Part shown: positions 10,386 to 21,625 of the stretch, piece after piece | Layout: each line of letters begins with the position of its first letter | Numbering within the stretch: the first letter of the stretch is position 1 | Origin: Nemertoderma westbladi | Lineage: Eukaryota > Animalia > Xenacoelomorpha | Direction: 5' to 3' | Assembly (NCBI GenBank): GCA_032718475.1 | Contig: JAUCBJ010003122.1 | Coordinates: forward strand, 1 to 64,000 | DNA: 64,000 nt | Translations under genes and position numbers: made by a program | Notes under the pieces: generated by a model | What the model was told of the DNA's origin: nothing | The model's input: the letters and a program-made list of their open reading frames with translations, nothing else | The model's database searches: none

Positions 10386-13073
10386 CATGTCCTGGAATAT
10401 AATAGTGTCGTTATTGAGGTACATAATAGGTCCATAATTTTTATTTTTGCCTTCATTCTTTAGCTACAAGCGTTTGAAAAAGGTGTCTCTGGTGATATTG
10501 CGCCAGTTAAGGCTATGATACACCACAGGAGCGGCCGCGGCGAGCGGCCGCGGCGAGCGGCCGCGAATTTTTAAAAATAGAACACATTATTCTCTATGGG
10601 TGATGATACACCACAAATGGCCGCTGTGGCTCGCTGCTCCTATAGTGTATCATACTAAAAGTCGCCGCTCACATCGGCCGCGGCCGCTCCTGTGGTGTAT
10701 CATGGCCGTTACACTCCAGTTATTCTTCAACCTTATAGTGATTTGTTGGTACTGATAGAAAGCTGACCGTACAAGGATTTCAAATATGTATCACAATCTG
10801 AATTTCGTCTTAAAACAGCAGAAATATGGGCATTCTAAAGTTGCAAGGTTTTACACCTGCACAAGGTTATATTATTAACTATTAAAAAAATCCACCATAT
10901 TATAGAACATGTTGTTTATCCCATACGTAGCTGGGCAACAATGCATTAACTCTGTAATCATACTATTGCGTAGCTATTGGTACATAAACAAAGTGTTCTA
11001 GGATAGGAATTATTAGGAGCCCGCTCGACAGCGGGATACTTACTGTAAAAATCTACAGGATACTTACTGTAAAAATCTCAGGATATATAACACTGACTGA
11101 CTGATAATTATCTAGGTTCAGGCACTTCCTGCCTGGCGATTTTGATGAAATTTTGCAAGTACATTGCTTTGGTGGTTCATAATCGCGTTACAAAATATCA
11201 GATCGATTCTATGTGTGGTATTCGATATATTTAGTTTTTTGACATTATTTTGTCGCGAAATTAAAAGCAATGGTAAAATAACAACTCCTGCCTGAGCTGC
11301 AGCAGCTAGCTGTGGAGTAGGAACGGTGGAGTGCAGGGCTGTCTGAGATAGAATTCCATCCAGGCGGAATTTCTTGACTTTGACTACACCCCTCCTGCCT
11401 GCCTTTGCCTTGTAGGAGCAGCGCTGCTGGCTGAGTCCACACTTCCTTATCATATCAGCTCTCAGGTATAGACAGAAAATTGTTGAGTTGTCAATAAACA
11501 TAATAAAATATACCACTGCAGTAGAATTATATTATTATTATTCCACGAATCCTTGGGCTGATTATTTTGTATAGGATATATGTAGAAAGTTCTTAAAAAC
11601 AATATTCTTATTTTTTTTATTACATAGGATTAGCATCATTTTTTAGCTGAAGCATTAATAGTGCAAATTAATTTAATTATATTTTAATACCATTACTACA
11701 TTGGCATAAGATAAGTTTTAACATTTCTTACAAATATTATAAAACTCAATAGTGGTGCGAGCATAAAACTCAAATCACGCAAATTTAAAAGAACCGGGTG
11801 TGTTGTCATAATATCTATCTCCATAGGTTATTCTGCTTGACTGGGTCTGGGTGCGGCTTTGCTTTTGGGACGGGGTGCTGATTGAAAGGGGGGTTGAAGG
11901 GGGGGAACTGTCCCCCCTTTTCACTTTGACTGATTTGCGGTTTTGTTTAATATCTTGGATATAGTTGTTGTGATGCTAAAATTTAATTTGTCTTTGATAA
12001 TGTATTATTTTGTTTCATATTGTTTAGACCTTCAATTTTTCATAATATTAGTTGAGTTTTTGTTTATACATTTGCTCTATAATATATTATATAATTTGTA
12101 TTTATTCAAAAAATTGAATGAAACTGGTTATCACTATTATTATCTTACTAGAACTACTGACACTAATGTGGAACAGCTAGGCTATTTGCGCTTTGTTTGT
12201 GTTTTAGTTTTAGTAACTATAGCTACCCCTTTCTATTGTTAGTTTTGTTCTATAATGCAGCATTGGTTGATCGCCTTAGCAGCCGGTGTTGTAATATTCG
12301 TATGGAAATGGTGTCTGCATTTATAATATAGGGTGGTTCTAGGGTGGGTTCAGGGTCATCCCTCGCTCGGTGTCCTGGTTGTGCATCATGGGCATTTTTT
12401 CATAAATATTCGGTAATCTTATTTCTTGTAAACGTGCTTGATAATGAAATTATTTGCTTTATATTATATTTTTGTTAGTGGTAGCAAAGTTTAATTTTTT
12501 ATTATGTGGGACGATCCACAAAGTCAGCTAGCCTCACGCCTTACAGTTTAGACAATTGTTTAGTTTAGGCCTACTTACTAGGCCTACAGCTGACTGACAT
12601 AGTTCATTTGTAATAGTCTTGGCTAGGATTCTTCCCCCGGGCTCCTTCCAGCCAGCTTTCTGGCTTTCTAGTTAATTAAATAGAATAAAATAGCCTCGCA
12701 GATGCTAAATCATGCAACTTTCGAACATTCATATCTCAGCTATTTTACGACGAAATTCAGATTGTGGTACATATTTGGAATCCTTACATGGCCAGCTTTC
12801 CGTCAATATCAACAAATCACTATAAGGTTGAAGAATAACTGGAGTGTAACTGGTGAAATATCACCGGAGACACCTTTTTCAAACGCTTGTAGCTAAAGAA
12901 TGAAGGCAAAAATAAAAATTCCGGCTCACCCAGCAAGTAGGAGGGAGGTGAAACTATCTCTGTTTCAAATTTCATGCAATCTCATTAAGATTTGTTTTGT
13001 AGAAAAATTGGGGGGGGGGGGGGGGGGGGTGGGGGTCCAGGTACCTCAATAATGACACTATATTCCAGGACAT
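10386..13073. mobile_element. ~2.7-kb non-autonomous DNA transposon with long imperfect TIRs (exact termini uncertain)
   Basis: 10387-10421 is the reverse complement of ~13040-13072; 10436-10830 (minus the nested MITE) is the reverse complement of ~12730-12920. No transposase inside. Confidence 0.7.
10510..10708. mobile_element. 199-bp PIF/Harbinger (Tourist-like) MITE nested in the left TIR of the previous element
   Basis: TTA TSD at 10507-10509 and 10709-10711; ~30-bp TIR GGCYATGATACACCACAGGAGCGGCCGCGG; the opposite TIR arm preserves the empty site CCAGTTACACTCC. Confidence 0.9.
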
Positions 13074-14199
13074 CGTGTATGTACTGTATGCTGTTATCAA
13101 CATCTTACTACGGCAAAATTTCGGCGGCTGTTCTAGGGCGCTGGACTAGTTGTGAACAAACATCGCGGAACTTGAACACTGCATGGCTGAAGTGGGAGAG
13201 GTTTTGGCAGGGATACCGGCAGTGCACCATATAGTGTAGTGCGGCCCACCTTGTAGGCCTAGTCCAAGGTGTACTAAATAACAGGTGATTTTATTACATT
13301 GCTATGAATCCTTGTCATCATATCCACATAACCAAAGAAGCACAAAAGAAGTTTCTAAGGAAATATTACGAAAATAGAGCCAAAAAAAAGGTGAAAAGAT
13401 CGGCCCACGCTAATTTCAGCAATCCGCCCGCTGCATGACCTGTTATTTAGGCCTAGTCCCATGTGTTTATGCAGCTACTAAATGCTTACACATGACCAGC
13501 CAGCCAGTCAAGAGACATATATGGCATATACCCACCTCGGAGGGTAACAGTAGTCATATTTAATTAAGAAGAGTCACCAATAAAGATCACTAATAAAGTA
13601 ATGTTATTAGGATTATTAGTTTTATGTGAACAATTAATTGAATCATTACTAAACTCCAATGCTTATTATTTAATGGATTTTTATTATTTGGATTAAGTTA
13701 CGGTTATCTATTATTAACCTTATATGGGGGGCCTTTGCGCAGTACGAGAGCCTAAATTAGAAAGTACATTATACTAATCTCTATTAGATATACGAAAACT
13801 GTCTTTCCTAAAATATGTAAACCTTCTAACTAGGGCTGTTTAAGTTAAGTATGACATTTTTAGTTTTACAATACTCTTATCCTTCATTAGCCTCGTTGCG
13901 CTCGTCTTGTTTTGTCTTAAAATAATTTCCCTAAACGGAGACTAACCACCTTTATAACTGTGCAAAGTTTCGAAACTGTGAGATCTAACTGCTAACTGCT
14001 GATTTATGGCAGATAGATACTCGTATCCACTGTAAACTCGTTGCGTTCGTTCGTTTTTGACCAAGCTTGAGATTCTTTCTAAACTTTAGCCGGACTACAT
14101 ACGTACCAAGTTTCGTTTAATTTCATCAAGGAATAACCGAGTTATTAGCGATCAAAAATTTACGACGACGACAGGCGACGACGACAGACAACTCGTTAA

Positions 14200-15766
14200 C
14201 CCTTTATTGCACCGAGCAGACGATTTTAATGAAAAAAAATTAAATTTATGTTTTTGGTAATAAAATGGTGTCAATACTGTGAAATATACTGTGAAAAAGC
14301 CAAAATTTTATGATTTTGTGTGTTTTCACAACACGTTGCTTAAAAGCAACACGGTGCGACAAAGGAACGTAATAATGAAGAAAAATAGAGTGAATGTTTT
14401 TTCTGTCTATTTTGTTCCACTTCTTTCAACTGTTTGTATGTCTATCTACCTGTCTGTTCGTCTGTCTGTCTGTCTATCTATCTGTCTATCTGTCTGTCTG
14501 TCTGACTGTTTGTATGTCTGTCTGTCTGTCTGTCTGCATGCCTGACTGTTTGTCGGGGTCTGCCTGTCTGTCTCTCGGTGTGTTTGTATGTCTGTCTGTC
14601 TGCATGCCTGACTGTTTGTCGGGGTCTGTCTGTCTAGCTGCCTGCCTGTCTATCAGTTTGTCTGTCTGTCTGCCTGTCTGTCTGCATGCTTGATGGTTTA
14701 TCGGTCCGTCTATCTGTCAGTAGTCTGTCAGTCTGTCTGTATGTATGTCTCACTGTCAGTCTGTCTGTCTTTCTGTCTGTTTTTCTGTCGGGTTTCTAAA
14801 ATCGAGTTCCTTGTGATTTCAGTTCATATTTATTTACAAATTATCCTAATAATTCCTTTAATAATAATTCCTAATAATCTAATAGTTCCTAATAGTTCCC
14901 TAGTATTTCCTAATAGTTCCTAAAGGTGGAAGTCTTGCAAGCAGTTTTTCTTTGTAGTTAGGCAAAGGAAAATGCGTACACCGCTACTTCTGTGCACTTT
15001 GCGCAGTATAACTGCGTGGTCGAATTGCAAAGGTTCTCCCTCCCTATTCTGTGTACCACTATTTAGTAAATTAATTTCCTATTTAAATAATTAGCATATC
15101 AATGTGATTAATTAACCTAATTAACTAGTAATAACCAATAATTAGTCTTCTAATTAATTAACTGAAATCATCGAAAGACCATTCTCTACACTTAAAAAAT
15201 TTCCTGCGCAACTGTAAATTCCTTAGTAATTTAATTACCTAATTAAATAATTAGTCTAATCACTTATCAAATAATTAAATTAATTAAATCATTAATTAGC
15301 TCTAAATAACTCTGTCTTTCTATAACAATCAATAATTACTTAGAAGTGACAAACAATAAGGCTTTTACAAAAGGAAAACCTAATTGCACAGTTCAGTTCC
15401 ATTTTCCACTACTTTCCTTTACTGCACCCTGTTGCTTATAAGCAACACGGCTTATTTTGTGCCTTAGAATTACAAAAGAATGTAGAATTTTTTAGAATTT
15501 TTTTGGCACCATAAAATTATCGCAAGAATAAAAAAAGCCGACCTAAAGACACCTATAAACTAAAAATATCAATTTTCCTTTCAGCATTTTCGAATGTTAA
15601 CTTACAACACAATTTAAACCTCCCACCCAAGACTCTTCGTTTTTATTGGATAATTTAATTATCCTACTTTAAGCTACAAAGTGCAGTAATGGTTGCTTGA
15701 TGGTTTTTCTATGAGATAAGACAGATAATAGAACTGTTGCTTAAAAGCAACAAGTGCAACAAAGGG
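14200..15766. mobile_element. Non-autonomous piggyBac-type element
   Basis: TTAA on both sides (14196-14199, 15767-15770); TIR CCCTTTRTTGCAC 12/13; repeated palindromic motif GTTGCTTAWAAGCAAC at ~14336, ~15431 and ~15736. Confidence 0.8.
14440..14790. repeat. Degenerate (TCTG)n microsatellite
   Basis: Visible TCTG/TCTA/TATG runs; source of the spurious CLSV ORFs. Confidence 0.9.
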
Positions 15767-15942
15767 TTAATGGTACCCATATGCTAAGCTAAGGCTTCGC
15801 TCACTTCGTGGCTCGCCCCACAAAGTAATTTTAATTAGTATTTTTTTTATATAACTATCTTATTAATTAATATAACTTTCTCTCTTTTTTTTCCATAGAA
15901 AATAAATTATTTTCAAATAAAGTAACAAATCAAAAATTATCC

Positions 15943-18900
15943 CTATGGAGTTGACTCAGTGTCACTGTGATATGCTGTAGCATGAGGACTCCCCATTGTA
16001 AACTGCACTGTCGGACTGGCCTCGCTGGGGGTCAAATCAATACATTCTGGTCCTTCATTCAAGTGATACCGTAGTAAACGAGTTCCCCCAGACCCATCCC
16101 TATTGGGACTGGTTCTTCGAGACCCATCGCCATCCCTGTTGGGACTGGTTCTTCTAGACCCATCCCTGTTGGGACTGGTTCTTCTAGACCCATCCCTGTT
16201 GGGACTGGTTCTTCTAGACCCATCCCTGTTGGGACTGGTTCTTCTAGACCCATCCCTGTTGGGACTGGTTCTTCTAGACCCATCCCTGTTGGGACTGGTT
16301 ATTGTAGACCCATCCCTGTTGGGACTGGTTCTTCTAGACCCATCCCTGTTGGGACTGGTTCTTCTAGACCCATCCCTGTTGGGACTGGTTCTTCTAGACC
16401 CATCCCTGTTGGGACTGGTTCTTCTAGACCCATCCCTGTTGGGACTGGTTCTTCTAGACCCATCCCTGTTGGGACTGGTTCTTCTAGACCCATCCCTGTT
16501 GGGACTGGTTCTTCTAGACCCATCCCTATTGGGACTGGTTCTCCTAGACCCATCCCTGTTGGGACTGGTTCTCCTAGACCCATCCCTATTGGGACTGGTT
16601 CTTCGAGACCCGTCCCTGTTGGGACTAGTTATTCTAGACCCATCCCTGTTGGGACTGGTTCTTCTAGACCAATCCCTGTTGGGACTGGTTCTTCTAGAAC
16701 CATCCGTGTTGGGACTGGTTCTCATAGACCCATCCCTGTTGGGACTGGTTCTCCTAGACCCACCCCTATTGGGACTGGTTCTTCTAGACCCATCCCTGTT
16801 GGGACTGGTTATTGTAGACCCATCCCTGTTGGGACTGGTTATTCTAGACCCATCCCTGTTGGGACTGGTTCTTCTAGACCAATCCCTGTTGGGACTGGTT
16901 CTTCTAGACCCATCCCTGTTGGGACTGGTTCTCCTAGAGCCATCCCTGTTCGGACTGGTTCTCCTAGACCCATCCCTGTTGGGACTGGTTCTCCTAGACC
17001 CATCCATACTGGTAGGTGAACCATCCCTGGAGTCTAGCCCACTTTCTACCGAGCCGACCTCCTCTAGATACCTCCGTTGTTTCTTTCTCCTCCGCATCTC
17101 CTCCTCGGCTCCTCCGGAGGAGTCCGCGACTGGGTGTCTCCGTTTCGCCCCAGCTGTCTGTAGCGGTAGATCTAGCGGCGGTAGACAGCAGGGCTGCCCG
17201 CTACCATACATAGTCCGGTACAAGGTAACGAGATCACCACGGAGAAAGCTGTCGTGTGACGTCATCGAGTTGATGGTCAACCATAGGCGGTCGACCAGGT
17301 GTACAGTATCGAGGGGATGGGTGCCCCGAGAGACGGCGAGGAAGGGCGGTTTATCGATGAGCATGTTGACTAAGCTGTAACGCACTCTAGGTTCGGGGTC
17401 CTCCTCCACAGCATCCAGTAGGTAGGCCAACAGACCCCGACTCGAGGTCTCGCTAAGCATGTCGACGAGGCAATGGAACGCGGCGAGACGCACCTCGATA
17501 AAGATTCCGACTCGTGCGTACGATTGGAATATCTCAGAACTCAAAGGAATGTGACCATTGCATTGCGCTACTCTCAATGCTTTAATACACGCCACTGTCA
17601 CTTCGTACTTGTAACTTTGAATCACTTTCTCCAGGTTTAGAAGTCTTGTAATTTCTTCTAGAACGACGTTGGCTTCAGGAGTGAGTTTATCGGAACTGGT
17701 AACGAGACTGGGCGCGGGAGTTATTGTCCTCGACAAAGCTTCCACCAACACAGAGCGGTAGGAGCCATCGCTGAACTTATTTAAGCGGTTGTCGTTGTAC
17801 TTGATAAGATCTAGGATGAAAGCGAGGACCTCTTTAGGGCAGAGGTTGAAGGAGTTTCTGATGCGACTCATTGCGAGAGGAAAAGCCTGGAGGAGGAAAT
17901 AACTCTGAAAGTTTGAGAAATCATTGAGTTTGATAATCTCTGGACAGGATCGCGATCCGTACATGCGGCGGAAGAGTTTGAGCAACGATTCGTAGCCGAC
18001 GGATAGGGAGGAGCTGGAGGAGGCCACAACGGAAGAAGCCATCGAGGTGACAACGGAAGCCAATGAGTGCAGAGCGGCGAGACGAACTCGATAGAAACAG
18101 CGGTCGTTCTCCACGATATCGGAGAGGCAGATCTTGGCGATCGCGTTGGGGAAGGCGAGCAGGCCGACGACTGCGTCCAACTGCGCGGTAACGTCCCGTT
18201 CGAACCGCGCCTGGTAGTGCCACATGTAGTCGGACTGACGGATCTCGAGTCGACGGATTAGCAGCATATCGGGGTCCAGACGAACCCACATGACCGGAGA
18301 GTCGTCCTCAATGTAGTTAAAGTCCACGTCGATTTCCTCTCCGTTCATAAGCGGCACGCGTTTCTTACGAGGTCGTCGCCCCTTCGAGTGACAGATGACG
18401 TCATGATGGCTGGTCATATCCTCGATCAGTATGGTGTGCAGGAAGGAGCCGTCTGTCTCCTGTATCCGAACTGTCAGCGGTCCCATGTACTTAGAGACGC
18501 CCTTGCGACCGGGCTCCTGGATGATATCCAACTCGATGCAGTTCCGCTTCCGGTTGAACGTGTAGTTGGCGTGAAGCGACGGACATCCCGACTGGAAGAT
18601 CCACTGCTCAAGAATAGAGGCGAGGTCCTTACCGGAAACCATGGCAACGAGTTTAAAGAAACTGTGTGTGGACACTAGGATGTTAGACCATGTTCCGCTG
18701 GAGTATTTAGCGCCGGCGCATTGGCTAGCTAAACTAAGCAGTTTGCTGAGCACTTGTATGAGAGTATCCCGCCCTACTCGATGCTCCATTATCCGCATCA
18801 CTAGATAGGCTTTCTTCTCCATCACGTCGATGTACCTGGTGCTGACGGACTGCGCTGGTTCCTTGCGTTGCGCGTCCAGTATCATCTCCCCGGTATCGGC

Positions 18901-20094
18901 CTCATACGCGCATACCGTTCGGATATCCTCGCGCACCGAATACAGATATTCGTTGGTACCGAAGGTTTTACACCGATACAACCCAGACAGGTAACCCGCC
19001 ATCGCTTTGGGAAGCCAGGCGTCGGACCAACGCGCTCGCGTGATGAAACAACCGAAGAATTGTGTGGCTACGACCTGAGCGATGCGAGTCATCGCCTCCG
19101 GTACGTGGTCTATAATCCCGGAGTGGTGAAGAAGATTTGTATCGAATAGTCCCATAGAGGCGTAACTTTGAGAGACAAAAGGAGCCTGATCTACGAACAC
19201 CTGCTTGTAGTTACTGTAAGGGAATCTATTGCCGACTGTTTGTTCGTAGAATTCGATTACTTGATGGAGGAAGGAAGTTGTATGAGAGAGGAGAGTTTTT
19301 AGTTCTGGTAGACAAAAGTGGGTGACTTCGTGCATAGCGGGGTCCACTAGAATCTCGAAGGGACCCACCGCTATCCCGATGTTCGGTGCGGAAGTCGGTA
19401 CGTTTAGCGAGTAGTAGAAGGTTTTCTGTGAGGAGTCCGCATTGTAAACCGTGTCCACCAACTCGCCCGGACAGACGGGGGTCATCCCGTTATCTACGGT
19501 AACTCGTAACGACCAGGTGCACGGCTCGCTCTCTGCGTCCACGCACGGGAACCACAGACGCGAGGAGTTCTCTCGTCCGTACGAGAAGGCGTGGCATCCT
19601 CGGTCCACATCCGAGCCGGAACCATCGGGAACCACAAACTGTAAACCTCCGCTCGGGTTCTCTAAAGAAAACTCGAGGTTTACTTTAACCGGTCGGCATT
19701 CCCGCATCGAGGCTTCGAGTTTCTGTGGAATTTTAATCGTTAGTTCCCCGTTACCAGCGTCCGGGTCCACGCTAGATACCACGCCGCTGTGACACGCATC
19801 AAAGTGATCGAGATTGCGTTGGTTTGACTCGCTCGAACATATCTCCAATGTGGGATCGTTGTACTCGAAGGTGGCGTCGAGATCCCCGTTGAAGCAGACC
19901 TGGTAGATTCGGCATTGCTTCGCGTTGAGAACAAAGTTTCGCAGTTCAGGTTTTAATGGAACCAGTAGGAGTTCTGTGTAACCCACTAACGAGTGCTTCT
20001 GGAAGTTGATGGCAGTTATTCCTAAGGTTTGGTGAATCACCTTGAACGGGCGCAAAGAATCGAATTTGTCTGGTTTCTTGAGTGAAAAGACCAT
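15943..20094 (-). CDS. TAF2: Transcription initiation factor TFIID subunit 2, single coding exon, with C-terminal decapeptide repeat
   Basis: Recognisable TAF2 motifs: RPFK..HQ, LNAKQCRIY, SSRLWFPCVD, IAVGPFE, YKQVFVD, WSDAWL, FNRKRN, YMGPLTVRIQETDGSF, WVRLDPDM, ERDVTAQ, NDNRLNKFSD (inactive M1-aminopeptidase-like fold). First ATG at 20094; the track start at 20121 is TTG. A possible 5'UTR acceptor TTTTACAG lies just upstream. Confidence 0.95.
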   Translation of the reverse strand: MVFSLKKPDKFDSLRPFKVIHQTLGITAINFQKHSLVGYTELLLVPLKPELRNFVLNAKQCRIYQVCFNGDLDATFEYNDPTLEICSSESNQRNLDHFDACHSGVVSSVDPDAGNGELTIKIPQKLEASMRECRPVKVNLEFSLENPSGGLQFVVPDGSGSDVDRGCHAFSYGRENSSRLWFPCVDAESEPCTWSLRVTVDNGMTPVCPGELVDTVYNADSSQKTFYYSLNVPTSAPNIGIAVGPFEILVDPAMHEVTHFCLPELKTLLSHTTSFLHQVIEFYEQTVGNRFPYSNYKQVFVDQAPFVSQSYASMGLFDTNLLHHSGIIDHVPEAMTRIAQVVATQFFGCFITRARWSDAWLPKAMAGYLSGLYRCKTFGTNEYLYSVREDIRTVCAYEADTGEMILDAQRKEPAQSVSTRYIDVMEKKAYLVMRIMEHRVGRDTLIQVLSKLLSLASQCAGAKYSSGTWSNILVSTHSFFKLVAMVSGKDLASILEQWIFQSGCPSLHANYTFNRKRNCIELDIIQEPGRKGVSKYMGPLTVRIQETDGSFLHTILIEDMTSHHDVICHSKGRRPRKKRVPLMNGEEIDVDFNYIEDDSPVMWVRLDPDMLLIRRLEIRQSDYMWHYQARFERDVTAQLDAVVGLLAFPNAIAKICLSDIVENDRCFYRVRLAALHSLASVVTSMASSVVASSSSSLSVGYESLLKLFRRMYGSRSCPEIIKLNDFSNFQSYFLLQAFPLAMSRIRNSFNLCPKEVLAFILDLIKYNDNRLNKFSDGSYRSVLVEALSRTITPAPSLVTSSDKLTPEANVVLEEITRLLNLEKVIQSYKYEVTVACIKALRVAQCNGHIPLSSEIFQSYARVGIFIEVRLAAFHCLVDMLSETSSRGLLAYLLDAVEEDPEPRVRYSLVNMLIDKPPFLAVSRGTHPLDTVHLVDRLWLTINSMTSHDSFLRGDLVTLYRTMYGSGQPCCLPPLDLPLQTAGAKRRHPVADSSGGAEEEMRRRKKQRRYLEEVGSVESGLDSRDGSPTSMDGSRRTSPNRDGSRRTSPNRDGSRRTSPNRDGSRRTSPNRDWSRRTSPNRDGSRITSPNRDGSTITSPNRDGSRRTSPNRGGSRRTSPNRDGSMRTSPNTDGSRRTSPNRDWSRRTSPNRDGSRITSPNRDGSRRTSPNRDGSRRTSPNRDGSRRTSPNRDGSRRTSPNRDGSRRTSPNRDGSRRTSPNRDGSRRTSPNRDGSRRTSPNRDGSRRTSPNRDGSRRTSPNRDGSTITSPNRDGSRRTSPNRDGSRRTSPNRDGSRRTSPNRDGSRRTSPNRDGSRRTSPNRDGDGSRRTSPNRDGSGGTRLLRYHLNEGPECIDLTPSEASPTVQFTMGSPHATAYHSDTESTP
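16099..17004 (-). repeat. In-frame 30-bp coding tandem repeat, 30 copies (DGSRRTSPNR)
   Basis: 29 contiguous units at 16135-17004, a 6-bp DG insert, then one more unit. Confidence 0.97.
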
Positions 20095-20395
20095 AATTTG
20101 TGGGGAGTCTGGCTCAATCAAACTGTAAAATACTGAAATAACAGTCTACAGCCAGGTCTAACAGCTGAACAGTACTGCACTAGCCACTACCGGTAGCTGC
20201 GAGCTATAGCAAAGTAAAGTAAAGTAAAAATGGCAGACCAGCACCGGTATGCCTCGGTCCGTCTAAACACCCAGAGTAAACTGGGGTGAAGTGAGCTACT
20301 TTTGCAGTATTTCGTGTTTTAAAAGTAGTTAATATCAGCATATTGAGGAAATACCAATGCATTCCTTTGTGCACTACATTATACCGGTATTGTGT

Positions 20396-20781
20396 AAGGC
20401 AGCATCAGGAGTTGAAGAGTACAGTAATTTGAATTTCAGTAACTATGGAAGCAATATAGGCCTAGTAAAATACTTGATTATTGATAGTAACAATGTGTTG
20501 GATCCCTTCTTATAATAAAATGTATAGTAAAATACTACCAGACTATAGTTCAATTTATTTTGTACCACTATATCGCTGTACGTTTTATTAAAGAATTAAG
20601 CAACAAAAAAGTACCAATTTAAGAATAAAATTACTTAATACATGGGAAAAAAAACATAAAATTTTTTTTTTTCAATATTCTCTCGACCCTTTATTAACCT
20701 CGCTGGCGCTCGGTAAATAAAATGCCTCGAGAATATTGAAAAAAAAGATCTACTTTTTTTCCCATGTAATAAATAATTATT
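20396..20781 (-). repeat. Inverted copy of 8754-9078, upstream of TAF2
   Basis: Sequence comparison as above. Confidence 0.8.
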
Positions 20782-21041
20782 AACAATTATGACAATGCAA
20801 TACCAGAATACTAAAAAAACAAACGCGAGCGAAGCGTGCGAATTTTTTATTTTTAACAATGCAAAATGGTGAATATTTTTAACAATGCAAAATGGTGAAA
20901 TGGAAAAGAAATGCGAATGAAACACGAAGGAAGCGAAATTCTTTAATTTTAGCAATGCAAAATGGAAAAGAATTGCGGATTTTGCACTCCAATTTACAGC
21001 CTGTTGGCCTGTGTTAGTGTAGTATAGTGTGTAGTGTTTGG

Positions 21042-21315
21042 CAGTTGGGTCCCTCCCCAATGAACAGCTTTGCTTACAGTCTGAGAGAGAGAAATCCCAG
21101 CCTCAATATGTCATTATTATTAACCTATAAAACATATGAACGGAGAACGGCCCACTGCAATTCAATCAGCCTGCGTCCCACCTAACATAGCAGTGAGTAA
21201 CCTTGTAGATATTCAGATAGGATGCACTGGGAAGGGCTATTCAGATGGCGGAGTAATACATTACAAACAACAGTTGATGTTTACTTACTGCCTGGGATAC
21301 AGTGAGAGAGTAACA
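21042..21315 (+). repeat. Dispersed repeat, direct copy at 28162-28436
   Basis: agttgggtccctcccca..tacagtctgagagagagaaatcccagcc..ctgggatayagtgaga shared. Confidence 0.85.
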
Positions 21316-21470
21316 TACAGTATATATATACAGAATAATTTTAGAATAATCAGTCGCTCCTAACGGTCTTTTAATTAATTTAGAGTCTTAATTATTTATT
21401 CTTATGTCTTAATAGTAAAAATATTTTTTTATGTAAGTAAATTAAATATTAAATATTTGAACATTTATAG

Positions 21471-21625
21471 TGTTCAGAGGCAGATAAAATGGATGCCACG
21501 TGTTTCACTGATAGAGATGATGTGACGCTCGGGGAATGGAATGCGGTTTCGGGTCAGCTGACTCTCGAATGCGAGGTAGATGGGACCGGATATTATGATA
21601 TCAAAGTTCATAATCTACTTCCCTG
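21471..21625 (+). CDS. Unknown secreted protein, exon 3
   Basis: TTTATAG| acceptor, phase 0 matching exon 2; CSEADKMDATC..VTLGEWNAVSGQLTLEC..HNLLP; donor TG|GTATGT, phase 2. Confidence 0.75.

Noticed and set aside
14279-14923. Cys/Leu/Ser/Val-rich ORFs
   Set aside because: Translations of the (TCTG)n microsatellite.
16103-17380. 425-aa + strand ORF (GLVLLDPSLL)n and the MGLEEPVPTG ORFs
   Set aside because: Antisense and alternate-frame shadows of the stop-poor 30-bp TAF2 repeat.
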